A model generated the notes under the pieces. The model was not told the origin of the DNA, did not search any database, and saw only the letters and a list, made by a program, of their open reading frames with translations. Below, piece after piece: positions 38,392 to 47,461 of a stretch of 64,000 nt of DNA. The DNA is taken from positions 13,073 to 77,072 of the forward strand of contig CAZOMV010000003.1 in the NCBI GenBank assembly GCA_964580995.1. The letters are read 5' to 3'. A program made the translations under genes and the position numbers. Positions within the stretch are counted from its first letter, which is position 1. Each line of letters starts with the position of its first letter. The stretch is from an uncultured Pirellulales bacterium. GTDB taxonomy: Bacteria; Planctomycetota; Phycisphaerae; Sedimentisphaerales; SM23-30.

Positions 38392-41300
38392 TTACTTGAC
38401 AATCGCCATATAGTTAATCATATTCCGCAGCAGCCGTTCCGCCTGCGGCACCTTGCCCAGATTCTCTTTCACCAGCATCGTATTCATCAGAAACCGCCCC
38501 TGGCCCCGCTCAAATATCGCGCACATCAGCCCGCTGGAAATCGTACACCGCGTCACATTATTCCCCCCGGCGATCACTTCAGCCGGCTTATCGATCTCCA
38601 TCAGGTACTTGTCCGGAATGATCTCCCGATAATAGGTATAATCCATCAGACTGCCCCGCTGCAGGCCGTCAAATACCGGATGGCTGGCGGCCCACTGGTT
38701 GGTATGATAAACCCACTGTTCCTGTGTGCCAAACTTTCCTTTGTTCTCCGCCAGCGGCAAAAAGGCAGTGGTATCCTGATCCCGCTGGAATATCTCATGG
38801 TTCAGGAAAATGACGTGGGAGCCGTTCTCGATTCGCCGGGTCAGATCGGCAAAAGCCGCTTCGCCGCCCGGTGCAGCCGCCCCGGCCCCAGCCAGGATTA
38901 ACTGCTTTGTCTCCACCGGCGCGCTTGCATCAAATTTCCGACAGGGAATCTTATTTTCTTTCAGCCATCTTTCCAGTTCAGCATCCTCTCCCCAAAGAAC
39001 TAGTTCGCTGGCAACCGGCGGCATCTCGGATTTGTTCAGCACATAAAATTCCGATTCGCCGCCCCCAGCCGCCCCAGCGTCCACAAAGTCCACCACCAGG
39101 CGGTATTTACCCGTTGGCCCGCTGACGGCAATTTTCTGCTGGAAAACTGGTAAGGCAAAAGGCGGCTCTCCCTCTGGAATGGTTACGGTAAAGTCCTTTT
39201 CAAATATTTTCTGATTCTCCGGCCCGAATACCCACACCCTGGCCGGATAATCACCGGACTGCAACTGGTCTTCGTTCGAGAGAACCACCTCCAGCTTCAC
39301 TTCATTCCCGCCGTAGATATTGTATGGCTCGACGAATGTGCACCATCGCAGCTTAGCCCAGCCGTCAAAAATCACATCCATGGTGCCGGGCTTGAATTCC
39401 CGGAAGGTGGTGAACAGCCCCTCGCCGGAATCCCCCTGATCGACCGCCCCGGTCAGACTGATGCCCACCATATTCGGATTGGACCGCAAGGCGTTGATCC
39501 CCCGCGTCCGCTCGCAGGCCATGAAGGCAATGCTTTGCTGCAAAAATTCCTCCGGCCGGCCAAAAATGGCATCCATACCCCATTTTTCGTAATCTGCCAG
39601 AAACCGGTCGCAGTAATTCTTATGGTTTATGCCGCTGTCTATATGTAAATAACCATACTGGCCAAATTGCCGCACAATCCGCATCCAGTTCTGGCCGCTG
39701 CCCACCCCGTACTCGGACATAAAGAACGGCTCCCCATCGCCCACCGTCCGCAGTTCATTCAGTTCCGGCAACCGGTGCGGTACCCGCTTGTAATGGTGGC
39801 CGTCTTTCAAATCACTTTCCCACACCAGGGAGCCGGGATTGCTCAGCGTGCCGGGCTGGAGGCGGTCCGCCCCGATTTCTTCCAGGGCCTCATTGATAAA
39901 CGGCTTGAAGCTGGAGGCATCGATCGGCCCGGCAAAAAACATCCCGTAACTCCACGGACCGTTGGGATTTTCGGTGGCCGAAAAATCCCGGCCCGCATCA
40001 TAGGTTTTACCTGAATCCGTAGTAATCACCGCCGCAAAATCGGTGGCATCGGCACTGTAATACCCATTGCCGAATCCCAGAGCAAAGTCGACGGTGTCGC
40101 CTTTAGCAACCTTGACTTGCCCTTTAAATTTCGCTTCTTTGCCGCCATCGTTCACATTGACATATCCGTCGAAAAGAATTTTCCCATTATGCAGCACATG
40201 GCCATCGGTGGTCGGGCTGGGCGCCGTCTGCGCCCAGAAACCGGCCTGAATATCGCAGACCGCATCTTCCGGCGCCTGCCACCGCACCACCGCATATTCG
40301 CCTCCGCCGCCCGGATGCAGTACCAACTGGCCGGGCCGCCACATCGTACCGGCATAGCTGATTTCCTTGTCCCCTAACACCGAGGTAACACAAGGTTCTC
40401 CCACTCCGCGCAGATGCAGCGAAACCAGCCCTTCCGGAGCCTTCGGGGTATTCCCCGCATAATGCCATACCGGATGTCCGCTATTCAGAAAAACCAGCCG
40501 ATCCATATCCAGCGACCGGACCAGCTTCAAGGTCTGGGTGGCATGGACCATAACGGCTCCATAGCCGGTTTCATTGAGCAGCCCCCAGGCGGTTACGCTG
40601 GGGTGGTTGCGATCCCGTAAGATCATCTCCCGCACCGACTGGTCAAACCACTCTTCAAAACGCGGCGAATACCGCATACACCAGGAGGCGTACGATTCCT
40701 CATACATCATCAGGCCGATCTCATCGGCCAGATCAAGCTGATACCGCGTCGGGATCCCCGCAAGAAATCGAATCATATTGAAGCCCATCACCTTCCAGTT
40801 GAGAAGGTCCCGGCGCAGCAGGTCCGGGTCATGCGGAATCTGAAACCCGATGGGACAGCAGTTGCCCGTATGAGCACACTTCAAAAACAGCCGCCGGCCG
40901 TTCAGCCGGAAATAGCCCTCCTGAAACGCAAACTCGCGAAAGCCGGTTTTGACCGTACTTTCGTCAATCGATTCAGAATATTCATCCGCCGTAAGCCGGG
41001 CGGTAACTCGATATAAATAAGGATCATTCAGCTCCCACAGCCGCGGATTGTCGATCGTCAGTTCCGCCCGGATCCGGCTGTCGCCGGGCGCGGCTGTCGT
41101 TTCCATTTGCAGGGTCTGGATTGCCAGGCCGCCGGCTGCCGGGGCAGCCGATAATTCGAGAGTGACATTTTGGTCCTTTTTTGTGCTGTTTTGAACGGAT
41201 ACTTCTACATTCAGTTTCCCGGTGTGCCTATCGGGCATAACATACACATCCGCGATCCGCACCGCCGGGGCCAGGATCAGTTCCACCGAATCGACAATCC

Positions 41301-41850
41301 CGCCGTGATTGTATACACCTTCCGACTTGCACCGATGCGGCGTCTTGGTCAGTTCAATCCCATCGATGGGGGTAGTACCCGGATTCAGTACCCGAACCGC
41401 CAGCAGGTTTTCCCCGCCTCGCCGAACCGCATCGGTGGCGTCCAGCGTAAAAGGCGTTTCCCCACACTCGTGCCCACCCAGATATTGCCCGTTCAGCCAC
41501 ACATCCCCCTTGAAATCCACCGCCCAGAACTTCAGCAGCGTCCGTCCGTCCTTATGAATATTTTCCGGTATCGCCAGCTTTTTCCAGTACCATACCACCC
41601 CATCATACCAGGGAAAATAATCCTCGATCACCCACGGGACTTTTGCCTGTTTGGCCTCAGGTTGTACGCCGTTCCACCACTTCTCTTCCCGCCCGATGTT
41701 TTTGGGATCGGTTGCCAGATGCCAGTCACTGCCATCCAGGGAAATGATTTCACTGGTTCTGACCGCCAGAGGTCCGGATTGGGAACCTGCCGCCAAATTC
41801 CATAAAGATATAAGCAACAATAAGAATAAGGTATAATTTGGTTTGTTCAT
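38392..41850 (-). CDS. Giant secreted GH2-like glycosidase (1152 aa), paralogue of 34319..38377
   Basis: Same architecture: signal peptide, VPWVIEDYFPWYDGVVWYWKK, LLKFWAVDFKGDVWLNGQYLGGHE, RDRNHPSVTAWGLLNE (~res 426), FFMSEYGVGS (~res 713), and a conserved C-terminal extension. Confidence 0.75.
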   Translation of the reverse strand: MNKPNYTLFLLLLISLWNLAAGSQSGPLAVRTSEIISLDGSDWHLATDPKNIGREEKWWNGVQPEAKQAKVPWVIEDYFPWYDGVVWYWKKLAIPENIHKDGRTLLKFWAVDFKGDVWLNGQYLGGHECGETPFTLDATDAVRRGGENLLAVRVLNPGTTPIDGIELTKTPHRCKSEGVYNHGGIVDSVELILAPAVRIADVYVMPDRHTGKLNVEVSVQNSTKKDQNVTLELSAAPAAGGLAIQTLQMETTAAPGDSRIRAELTIDNPRLWELNDPYLYRVTARLTADEYSESIDESTVKTGFREFAFQEGYFRLNGRRLFLKCAHTGNCCPIGFQIPHDPDLLRRDLLNWKVMGFNMIRFLAGIPTRYQLDLADEIGLMMYEESYASWCMRYSPRFEEWFDQSVREMILRDRNHPSVTAWGLLNETGYGAVMVHATQTLKLVRSLDMDRLVFLNSGHPVWHYAGNTPKAPEGLVSLHLRGVGEPCVTSVLGDKEISYAGTMWRPGQLVLHPGGGGEYAVVRWQAPEDAVCDIQAGFWAQTAPSPTTDGHVLHNGKILFDGYVNVNDGGKEAKFKGQVKVAKGDTVDFALGFGNGYYSADATDFAAVITTDSGKTYDAGRDFSATENPNGPWSYGMFFAGPIDASSFKPFINEALEEIGADRLQPGTLSNPGSLVWESDLKDGHHYKRVPHRLPELNELRTVGDGEPFFMSEYGVGSGQNWMRIVRQFGQYGYLHIDSGINHKNYCDRFLADYEKWGMDAIFGRPEEFLQQSIAFMACERTRGINALRSNPNMVGISLTGAVDQGDSGEGLFTTFREFKPGTMDVIFDGWAKLRWCTFVEPYNIYGGNEVKLEVVLSNEDQLQSGDYPARVWVFGPENQKIFEKDFTVTIPEGEPPFALPVFQQKIAVSGPTGKYRLVVDFVDAGAAGGGESEFYVLNKSEMPPVASELVLWGEDAELERWLKENKIPCRKFDASAPVETKQLILAGAGAAAPGGEAAFADLTRRIENGSHVIFLNHEIFQRDQDTTAFLPLAENKGKFGTQEQWVYHTNQWAASHPVFDGLQRGSLMDYTYYREIIPDKYLMEIDKPAEVIAGGNNVTRCTISSGLMCAIFERGQGRFLMNTMLVKENLGKVPQAERLLRNMINYMAIVK

Positions 41851-41891
41851 GTCCGATTCCTTTCACCAGACGTTGGCTGGTTTTTTTCCTG

Positions 41892-44800
41892 TCATTTTTC
41901 CGTTATACCGGCTGCCAGAACGGCTGACATTTCAAACTGATGATTATCAACCTGATCCGATTTCTCCTCCAATAACGTAATCTTCAATCGATGCGACCCG
42001 GCTGACAGATGGTCCGCGATCTGTACAAATCGGCTGTAGCCTCCGCCCCAATCCTGGGGGAAATAGGCTTCCAGCTTCACCGGCGGCAGGTCGTCCACCT
42101 GTACCGAAGCCATCCCTCCCTTCTGGTTCGTGTGGTGATAAATCAGACTAATTGTAGTTCCCACCACTTCAAATTCCAGTGTGCTGCCGGGTGTTTCCGC
42201 TGTCCAGCTATTGAAAAACGGCTGATTCGACTTTCCGGCCCAGCCGTTACCAACAACCGGCGTTATGCTCTCCGCATCATAATAAGCGGCATGTTCATAA
42301 ACATCGCGGATCAATGGCTCAGAAGGCGGTAGAGTATCCGGAAGGTCATCAACAGACGGGAGAGTTGTCCAGATGCTATCCAGAAAAGAAGCTATAAACT
42401 CTGCACAAAGGGCATGTCCCTTATCATTCGGATGAACCGTATCTGCTTCAATATCATCCCACCGAATGCGCCCGGCCTGAAGTTCCGGCCAAAGCGATTC
42501 CCGCATGGTGACCATTGGCAGGCCGTAATGATTGCCAATTCGCATGTGTTCCGTCTGAACATTGTTTCCCTGCTTATCCATCGTGAAAAATAACATAACC
42601 GCAGGTTGGTTGGGCATAGCTAGAATCTGGCGGGTCAGCCCTTCCAGCGTTTCGGCGGCCCTGGTACTGCCGGCATCATTAACGGCGTATTCAATCACCA
42701 CAAAATCCGGCTGGTACTGTAACAAATGTTTTTTTGCACGATGGGCACCCAAATCGGAACCGGTCGCGCCGATACCGGCATTAATAAACTTGATTTTCTC
42801 CGGTGCTGGGGAATGCTCCCGCCACCATCTCGCCACAATATCAGCCCATCGATGTTCAGGAGAACTGGCCGCCGCTCCCTGAGTGATCGAACCGCCAATA
42901 ACACCAACCGTTACCGGCTGTTTATCCCGCAAACGTGCCATAACCTTTTGCAGGCGAACCACATTCCCTTTGCTAAGCAAAGAACGTTCTACAATGCGAC
43001 TATGGTCCTGATCTGTTTTTTTGTATCGAATTAAAACCGAGCCGGGTTTTTCCGGAATAGTGATTTCCATCGATTGCAGCGATTTGCCGGCCACTTTCTT
43101 CCAAAGCCCATATTCATACGTCTCCCCGGTAATACTGACTTCATATTGGGCACCCGGATCGATATTCCGCAGGGAAATCTCACAATTTGTATAGCCGCTC
43201 AGCGGCCGGCGGAACACAAACACGCAGCCCTCCCCCAAGTCCGGCCGGTCCCACTGACAGGCATACCATACCTCATCCGAATCCAGCGGCTGCAGCAGCG
43301 GGTAAAAATCCCCCAAAACCAGCGGCCGCAGCATCCGCAGTTCCGCGATAGCCTGCCGGGCCGTTTCCACGGGAAAGTTTTTATCGACCAGATCCACACA
43401 GAAAACACCCCCGCCGCAAAAATTGCTGCGAAAACTATACGGCTCCATCTCCCAGGTAGGCCCCGCATGTAACGGCACATACAAAGACAGCCCGCTAATC
43501 AGATTCTGATTTCCCGTGCCCATAAATACCCGGTTTGGCGGCCACGACCAGGCCGGCCAGTCATTCAGATCGCTGCGATGGAGATAATAACACCGCTTCA
43601 TAGTCTCAATGTCAATCCGATTGCCGCCCCCGCAGCAGCTATCAATCTTCAGCCCCGGATTCCGCCGCAAGAGGTCCGAATAAAACTGATACAGCCCGTC
43701 AATATGTTTCATCTCCGCGATCCCCTGCCGGTCTTCCGGCCCTTCTTCCGGCGGAATATCGCTGCCGTCTTCCCGATAGATATTAATCCCCCATTCCTGA
43801 ATAAATCCGCAAATCAGATCTGTCAATTTCTCCCTCGCTTCCGGCTCGCCCAGCTTCCAGATGCCGCCCCGGCCTTCTCCGCCCCCGTGTATATATTGCG
43901 GATATTCCTTCGCCCATTGGGTCCCCCCGTTGACACTCATCGGAATCATCCACAACAGATAATCCATTCCGTGCTGATGGGCCAGATCCGCGATCGGCTT
44001 GATCCCGCCCGCAAAGGCATCCGGCCGCGGATACCAATTCCCCAGATTCTGCTGCCAGGGCTGCGGAAACCACCAGGCATCCATCCAGATCGCCTCAAAA
44101 CCCATTTCCCCATATTTCGGAATGGTATCATATTCAATCTTTTCATTATAGTCATCCCACCAGGCCTCCCAGATCCGCCCTTCCGCCGCCGCCTGCCGGA
44201 TCACCTGTACCATGGCTACCCCCGCCAGCGGCGGCAAAGTCGGCTGGCCCTTTTGCCGCGGCACATAATGGTCGATCACCAGTTTGCGAAACTGGTTATG
44301 CCCGTCAATCATCTCTTTCCCGGTCCACGGCAGCACCACCACGCTGGGACCGCGGACCTCTTCGCCGGGTTTCAGATAAAACCGGGTCTTGATCCCCATC
44401 CCCACCCGAACCGCCAGCAAATCCTCCCCCGTGTGCTCAAACTCCGCAGCCCAGTTCCCCGACCACCCAATCGCCACCACCCAGCCGCCCTCCGGATACT
44501 TGACGTTAAAAAAAGGCATATAACGAAAAGATCCTTTCGACGCAAACCTGCACTTCAAGCCGCGATGTAGCTCTTCGTCATGCTTCATGAACGATTCCCG
44601 CGTTTCTCCCCACATATAGGTCGGCGTGGAATAATCATACGAATAATAACGGTCTCCGTTGGACCATCGCAGAATCGGATTGCCGCGCGGTTTGACCTGC
44701 CCGGGCAGATTGCTGCCGTCCAAAGTTAAAATGTTCTCTATGATTTTCGTATCTTCCCCACCGGTATTGCGAAAATATAAAACCCATTCTACCGCCGGGC

Positions 44801-45098
44801 TATCGGCAAAAGTCCGCACCCGGCATTCCACCTGCAGGGAACTCTGCGGATCCTGCCAGGCATAGATATCATATTCCCCATGCTGCTCCGCCGCTTGGGA
44901 ACGAGAATGCGACCAGCCCGCCAGCAGGGTTTGCGAATTCTTCCCGTTATATACAAATGAGAAAGGCAAAGAGACGGCTTTCCCATCCGCCCCCGTCGTA
45001 AAAGTATTTTTCACCCAGTCTTGTCCCGCCCAAACAGAACTACTGATAACAAAACAGAGCAAAATGAAAAACCTCTTCAAACTACCGGTTCGTCTCAT
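41892..45098 (-). CDS. Secreted fusion protein: clan GH-D (GH36-like) glycosidase domain, SGNH/GDSL-type esterase domain and a C-terminal beta-sandwich
   Basis: ATG at 45098 has the better RBS (GAAAGGA); the alternative ATG is at 45116. Signal peptide. KIDSCCGGGNRID...YLHRSD resembles the GH36 C-x-GGG-R ... SD blocks. SGNH blocks: VGVIGGSITQG (I), AGIGATGS (II/III), DFVVIEYAVND, DTVHPNDKGH (V). Confidence 0.55.
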   Translation of the reverse strand: MRRTGSLKRFFILLCFVISSSVWAGQDWVKNTFTTGADGKAVSLPFSFVYNGKNSQTLLAGWSHSRSQAAEQHGEYDIYAWQDPQSSLQVECRVRTFADSPAVEWVLYFRNTGGEDTKIIENILTLDGSNLPGQVKPRGNPILRWSNGDRYYSYDYSTPTYMWGETRESFMKHDEELHRGLKCRFASKGSFRYMPFFNVKYPEGGWVVAIGWSGNWAAEFEHTGEDLLAVRVGMGIKTRFYLKPGEEVRGPSVVVLPWTGKEMIDGHNQFRKLVIDHYVPRQKGQPTLPPLAGVAMVQVIRQAAAEGRIWEAWWDDYNEKIEYDTIPKYGEMGFEAIWMDAWWFPQPWQQNLGNWYPRPDAFAGGIKPIADLAHQHGMDYLLWMIPMSVNGGTQWAKEYPQYIHGGGEGRGGIWKLGEPEAREKLTDLICGFIQEWGINIYREDGSDIPPEEGPEDRQGIAEMKHIDGLYQFYSDLLRRNPGLKIDSCCGGGNRIDIETMKRCYYLHRSDLNDWPAWSWPPNRVFMGTGNQNLISGLSLYVPLHAGPTWEMEPYSFRSNFCGGGVFCVDLVDKNFPVETARQAIAELRMLRPLVLGDFYPLLQPLDSDEVWYACQWDRPDLGEGCVFVFRRPLSGYTNCEISLRNIDPGAQYEVSITGETYEYGLWKKVAGKSLQSMEITIPEKPGSVLIRYKKTDQDHSRIVERSLLSKGNVVRLQKVMARLRDKQPVTVGVIGGSITQGAAASSPEHRWADIVARWWREHSPAPEKIKFINAGIGATGSDLGAHRAKKHLLQYQPDFVVIEYAVNDAGSTRAAETLEGLTRQILAMPNQPAVMLFFTMDKQGNNVQTEHMRIGNHYGLPMVTMRESLWPELQAGRIRWDDIEADTVHPNDKGHALCAEFIASFLDSIWTTLPSVDDLPDTLPPSEPLIRDVYEHAAYYDAESITPVVGNGWAGKSNQPFFNSWTAETPGSTLEFEVVGTTISLIYHHTNQKGGMASVQVDDLPPVKLEAYFPQDWGGGYSRFVQIADHLSAGSHRLKITLLEEKSDQVDNHQFEMSAVLAAGITEK

Positions 45099-45137
45099 TT
45101 TTTTCCTTTCTATCATTTTCCGGATGATTGCAGCGAA

Positions 45138-46151
45138 TCAGGCCAACACCCCGGTCACTTCGTGCGGAATAAACATTTCCGGCGTGATTTGCTTCTGGCA
45201 GACAGGATCCTCTTCCTGGGTCATCAAATAATGCACCGCATCCATCCCCACCTGATAATTCGGCTGCTTCAGGCATATCATCGGAATCCCCAGAAAATCG
45301 CTCAAATGCGAATCATCCACCGTCGCGATAATCACATCCTGCGGAATTCGGAGATTCTTTTCCTTCAGGGCCTTGATCCCCCCCAGCGCCAGCTCGATGT
45401 TCGTATAATAAATCACCCGGGGAACGGTTTTGCCCGGCAGACACAGATTCAAGGTGGCACTGTAACCCGCCTGCGGATTGATAAGCTGCCGCTCGATATC
45501 CCATTCCGACGGTATTTCACAGCCGGATTCCTTCAACGCCTCCAGAAATCCCGCCCGCCGCTGCGAATGGCCCACAAATTCCCGCCCCGCCGTTACCACC
45601 GCGAAATCCCGGCACCCATGACTGGCCAGGTATCGGCCCAGATGAAAACTGACACCATAATTATCAAATCCGATCCAACTAATATCATTTCTATCGAACC
45701 GCCGTTCGATCACCACCTGGCGAATCCCATCATCCGCAATCCGCTCGATCAAACCGGTATTCTGCTCCCCGATTAACAAATGAACTAACGCATCAATCTT
45801 ATTTTCCCCCAGATAATCCTTATAAGCGCCTTCCCGATAAGCGATCGGAATAAAATCCGTCAGGCTCAAAAGCCGGACCGCCGCCTTATATTTCGCCGCC
45901 GCCTCCATCACCCCCGCCAAAATCTCCTTGCAATACTCATATTCCATCGCCCCCGGAATCAAATTATCCCGCGTAATCCCGATGGTCGCAACCCGCTTGT
46001 TCTCCCGCCGCATCGGCGAATACTCCAAAGACTCCAGCACCTCCGTCACCTTCCGCCGCGTCTGAGGCCGTACCTTGGCCGAATGATTCACCACCCGCGA
46101 CACCGTCGCCACTGACACCCCAGCCTTCTTCGCCACCAAATTGATATTCAT
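45138..46151 (-). CDS. LacI-family transcriptional repressor
   Basis: ATG at 46151 is preceded by GGAGA. HTH MNINLVAKKAGVSVATVSRVVNHSAKVRPQTRRKV, followed by a periplasmic-binding-protein-like sugar-binding fold. Confidence 0.9.
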   Translation of the reverse strand: MNINLVAKKAGVSVATVSRVVNHSAKVRPQTRRKVTEVLESLEYSPMRRENKRVATIGITRDNLIPGAMEYEYCKEILAGVMEAAAKYKAAVRLLSLTDFIPIAYREGAYKDYLGENKIDALVHLLIGEQNTGLIERIADDGIRQVVIERRFDRNDISWIGFDNYGVSFHLGRYLASHGCRDFAVVTAGREFVGHSQRRAGFLEALKESGCEIPSEWDIERQLINPQAGYSATLNLCLPGKTVPRVIYYTNIELALGGIKALKEKNLRIPQDVIIATVDDSHLSDFLGIPMICLKQPNYQVGMDAVHYLMTQEEDPVCQKQITPEMFIPHEVTGVLA

Positions 46152-46183
46152 CGAATCTCCATAACATATAAACAAAATCTAAT

Positions 46184-46210
46184 AAATGTAAATTACATTA
46201 ATTTACATTT
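46184..46210. promoter_or_regulatory. Perfect 11-bp inverted repeat, candidate LacI-type operator
   Basis: AAATGTAAATT (46184-46194), 5-nt spacer, AATTTACATTT (46200-46210). It lies 33-59 nt upstream of the LacI start and overlaps a possible -35 (TTTACA) on the minus strand. A third ATTTACA copy sits at 46211-46217. Confidence 0.5.
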
Positions 46211-46377
46211 ATTTACAATAAAAATTACTAATGGAATACCCAAAATATCTATAATCAGTTTATTTTCCGTTACTTACAAATTTATAATTCTGATTTTGCC
46301 GCCCAAAAACAGAGTGATTTATATCATTAAATCCCAGTAAAAACTGTTGTTGAAAAAATCAGCGATGAAATGAAATT

Positions 46378-47250
46378 TTAATGTACCGCACTGGCCGGCA
46401 GGTAAAAAATCCCCGGCCCTACATTATCGGGATAAGGTATTGCCCCATCGCAACTTAAAGACACTCTCATCGGAACCACCTGTTCAGAGGTGTAAGTTTC
46501 CACATGACCGTCAACAAAACCCGCCAACAGCGATATTTTGAGTGAATTGACCGCCCCGCCGCCTTCCGGGCAAGACCAGTAATCGCTGGACACCTGGCTG
46601 CCCTGCGTAACTTCCGCCTGGGAGAATTTCTGGCTGCTGCCATAAGCCTCCGGACTGCGCCAATGGTTATACCCCAGATAATCACTCAGCAGCAGGGTAC
46701 TGCCCCGGCCGCTCCCCCAGCTGTCCTGCGGGCCGCGAAAAAGCCGGTTACCCCCGTTTATTTCCAATATCCCCAGATAATTCCAGTAAAAACAGTAACA
46801 CCCCGACAGCGGATCCCACGAAATCGGCGTATCCGGATGATCCCACTCATCCCCCGCCTGCCATACCTCCTCCAGGCGGGGACATGGATTGGGCGAGGTC
46901 GGACAGTTCAAAATATCCGCCTTTTCCACATATTCTCCAAGGTATCCGCTCATGGCCCGGTGCAACTGCGGCGCCCGCTTCTCATAGCCGGTAATCATGC
47001 AGGGTTCCTGCCAGTTCCAATTCTTGCCATGACCGATAGTCGCCACCGATTCCGGATACCGGTCACAGTTGTCACAGGCGTATAACAGCAAACTACCCGC
47101 AATCTGCCGCTGATGGTTCATGCTGACCAGATTCTGCGCCTGCCGGCGGGCCTTGCCCAAAACCGGCAGCAAAAAACTGAGCAAAATGGCCACAATGGCA
47201 ATCACCACCATGAGCTCAATCAGCGTAAAACCGTTAGTTCCTCGCTTCAT
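46378..47250 (-). CDS. Prepilin-type N-terminal cleavage/methylation domain protein (DUF1559-type pseudopilin-like)
   Basis: MKRGTNGFTLIELMVVIAIVAILLSFLLP, and a C-terminal FVDGHVE (H-x9-DG-like tail). Confidence 0.85.
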   Translation of the reverse strand: MKRGTNGFTLIELMVVIAIVAILLSFLLPVLGKARRQAQNLVSMNHQRQIAGSLLLYACDNCDRYPESVATIGHGKNWNWQEPCMITGYEKRAPQLHRAMSGYLGEYVEKADILNCPTSPNPCPRLEEVWQAGDEWDHPDTPISWDPLSGCYCFYWNYLGILEINGGNRLFRGPQDSWGSGRGSTLLLSDYLGYNHWRSPEAYGSSQKFSQAEVTQGSQVSSDYWSCPEGGGAVNSLKISLLAGFVDGHVETYTSEQVVPMRVSLSCDGAIPYPDNVGPGIFYLPASAVH

Positions 47251-47394
47251 CAAAACCGCACCGAAAAATTGGCCTATCTTCCAGCTATAGAAACCGCTGC
47301 AAATTTAATAGAATTAGCTGATAATAGAATACCACGTTTCCCGGTGTCTGTCAATCTCTTTTATGGCAACCGCCCCTACCCATCTTGGTAAAAT

Positions 47395-47433
47395 AGGCAA
47401 AAAACAGGGCCGCGAAGGGTAATTCGCAGCCCT
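47395..47433 (-). terminator. Rho-independent terminator candidate downstream of the 1071-aa gene
   Basis: On the minus strand: 11-bp stem (47423-47433 / 47406-47416, one C-A mismatch), 6-nt loop, then TGTTTTTTGCC (complement of 47395-47405). It begins 29 nt after the stop codon. Confidence 0.6.
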
Positions 47434-47461
47434 TCCCCTCCTTACGGCTGGTTGCTACGAG

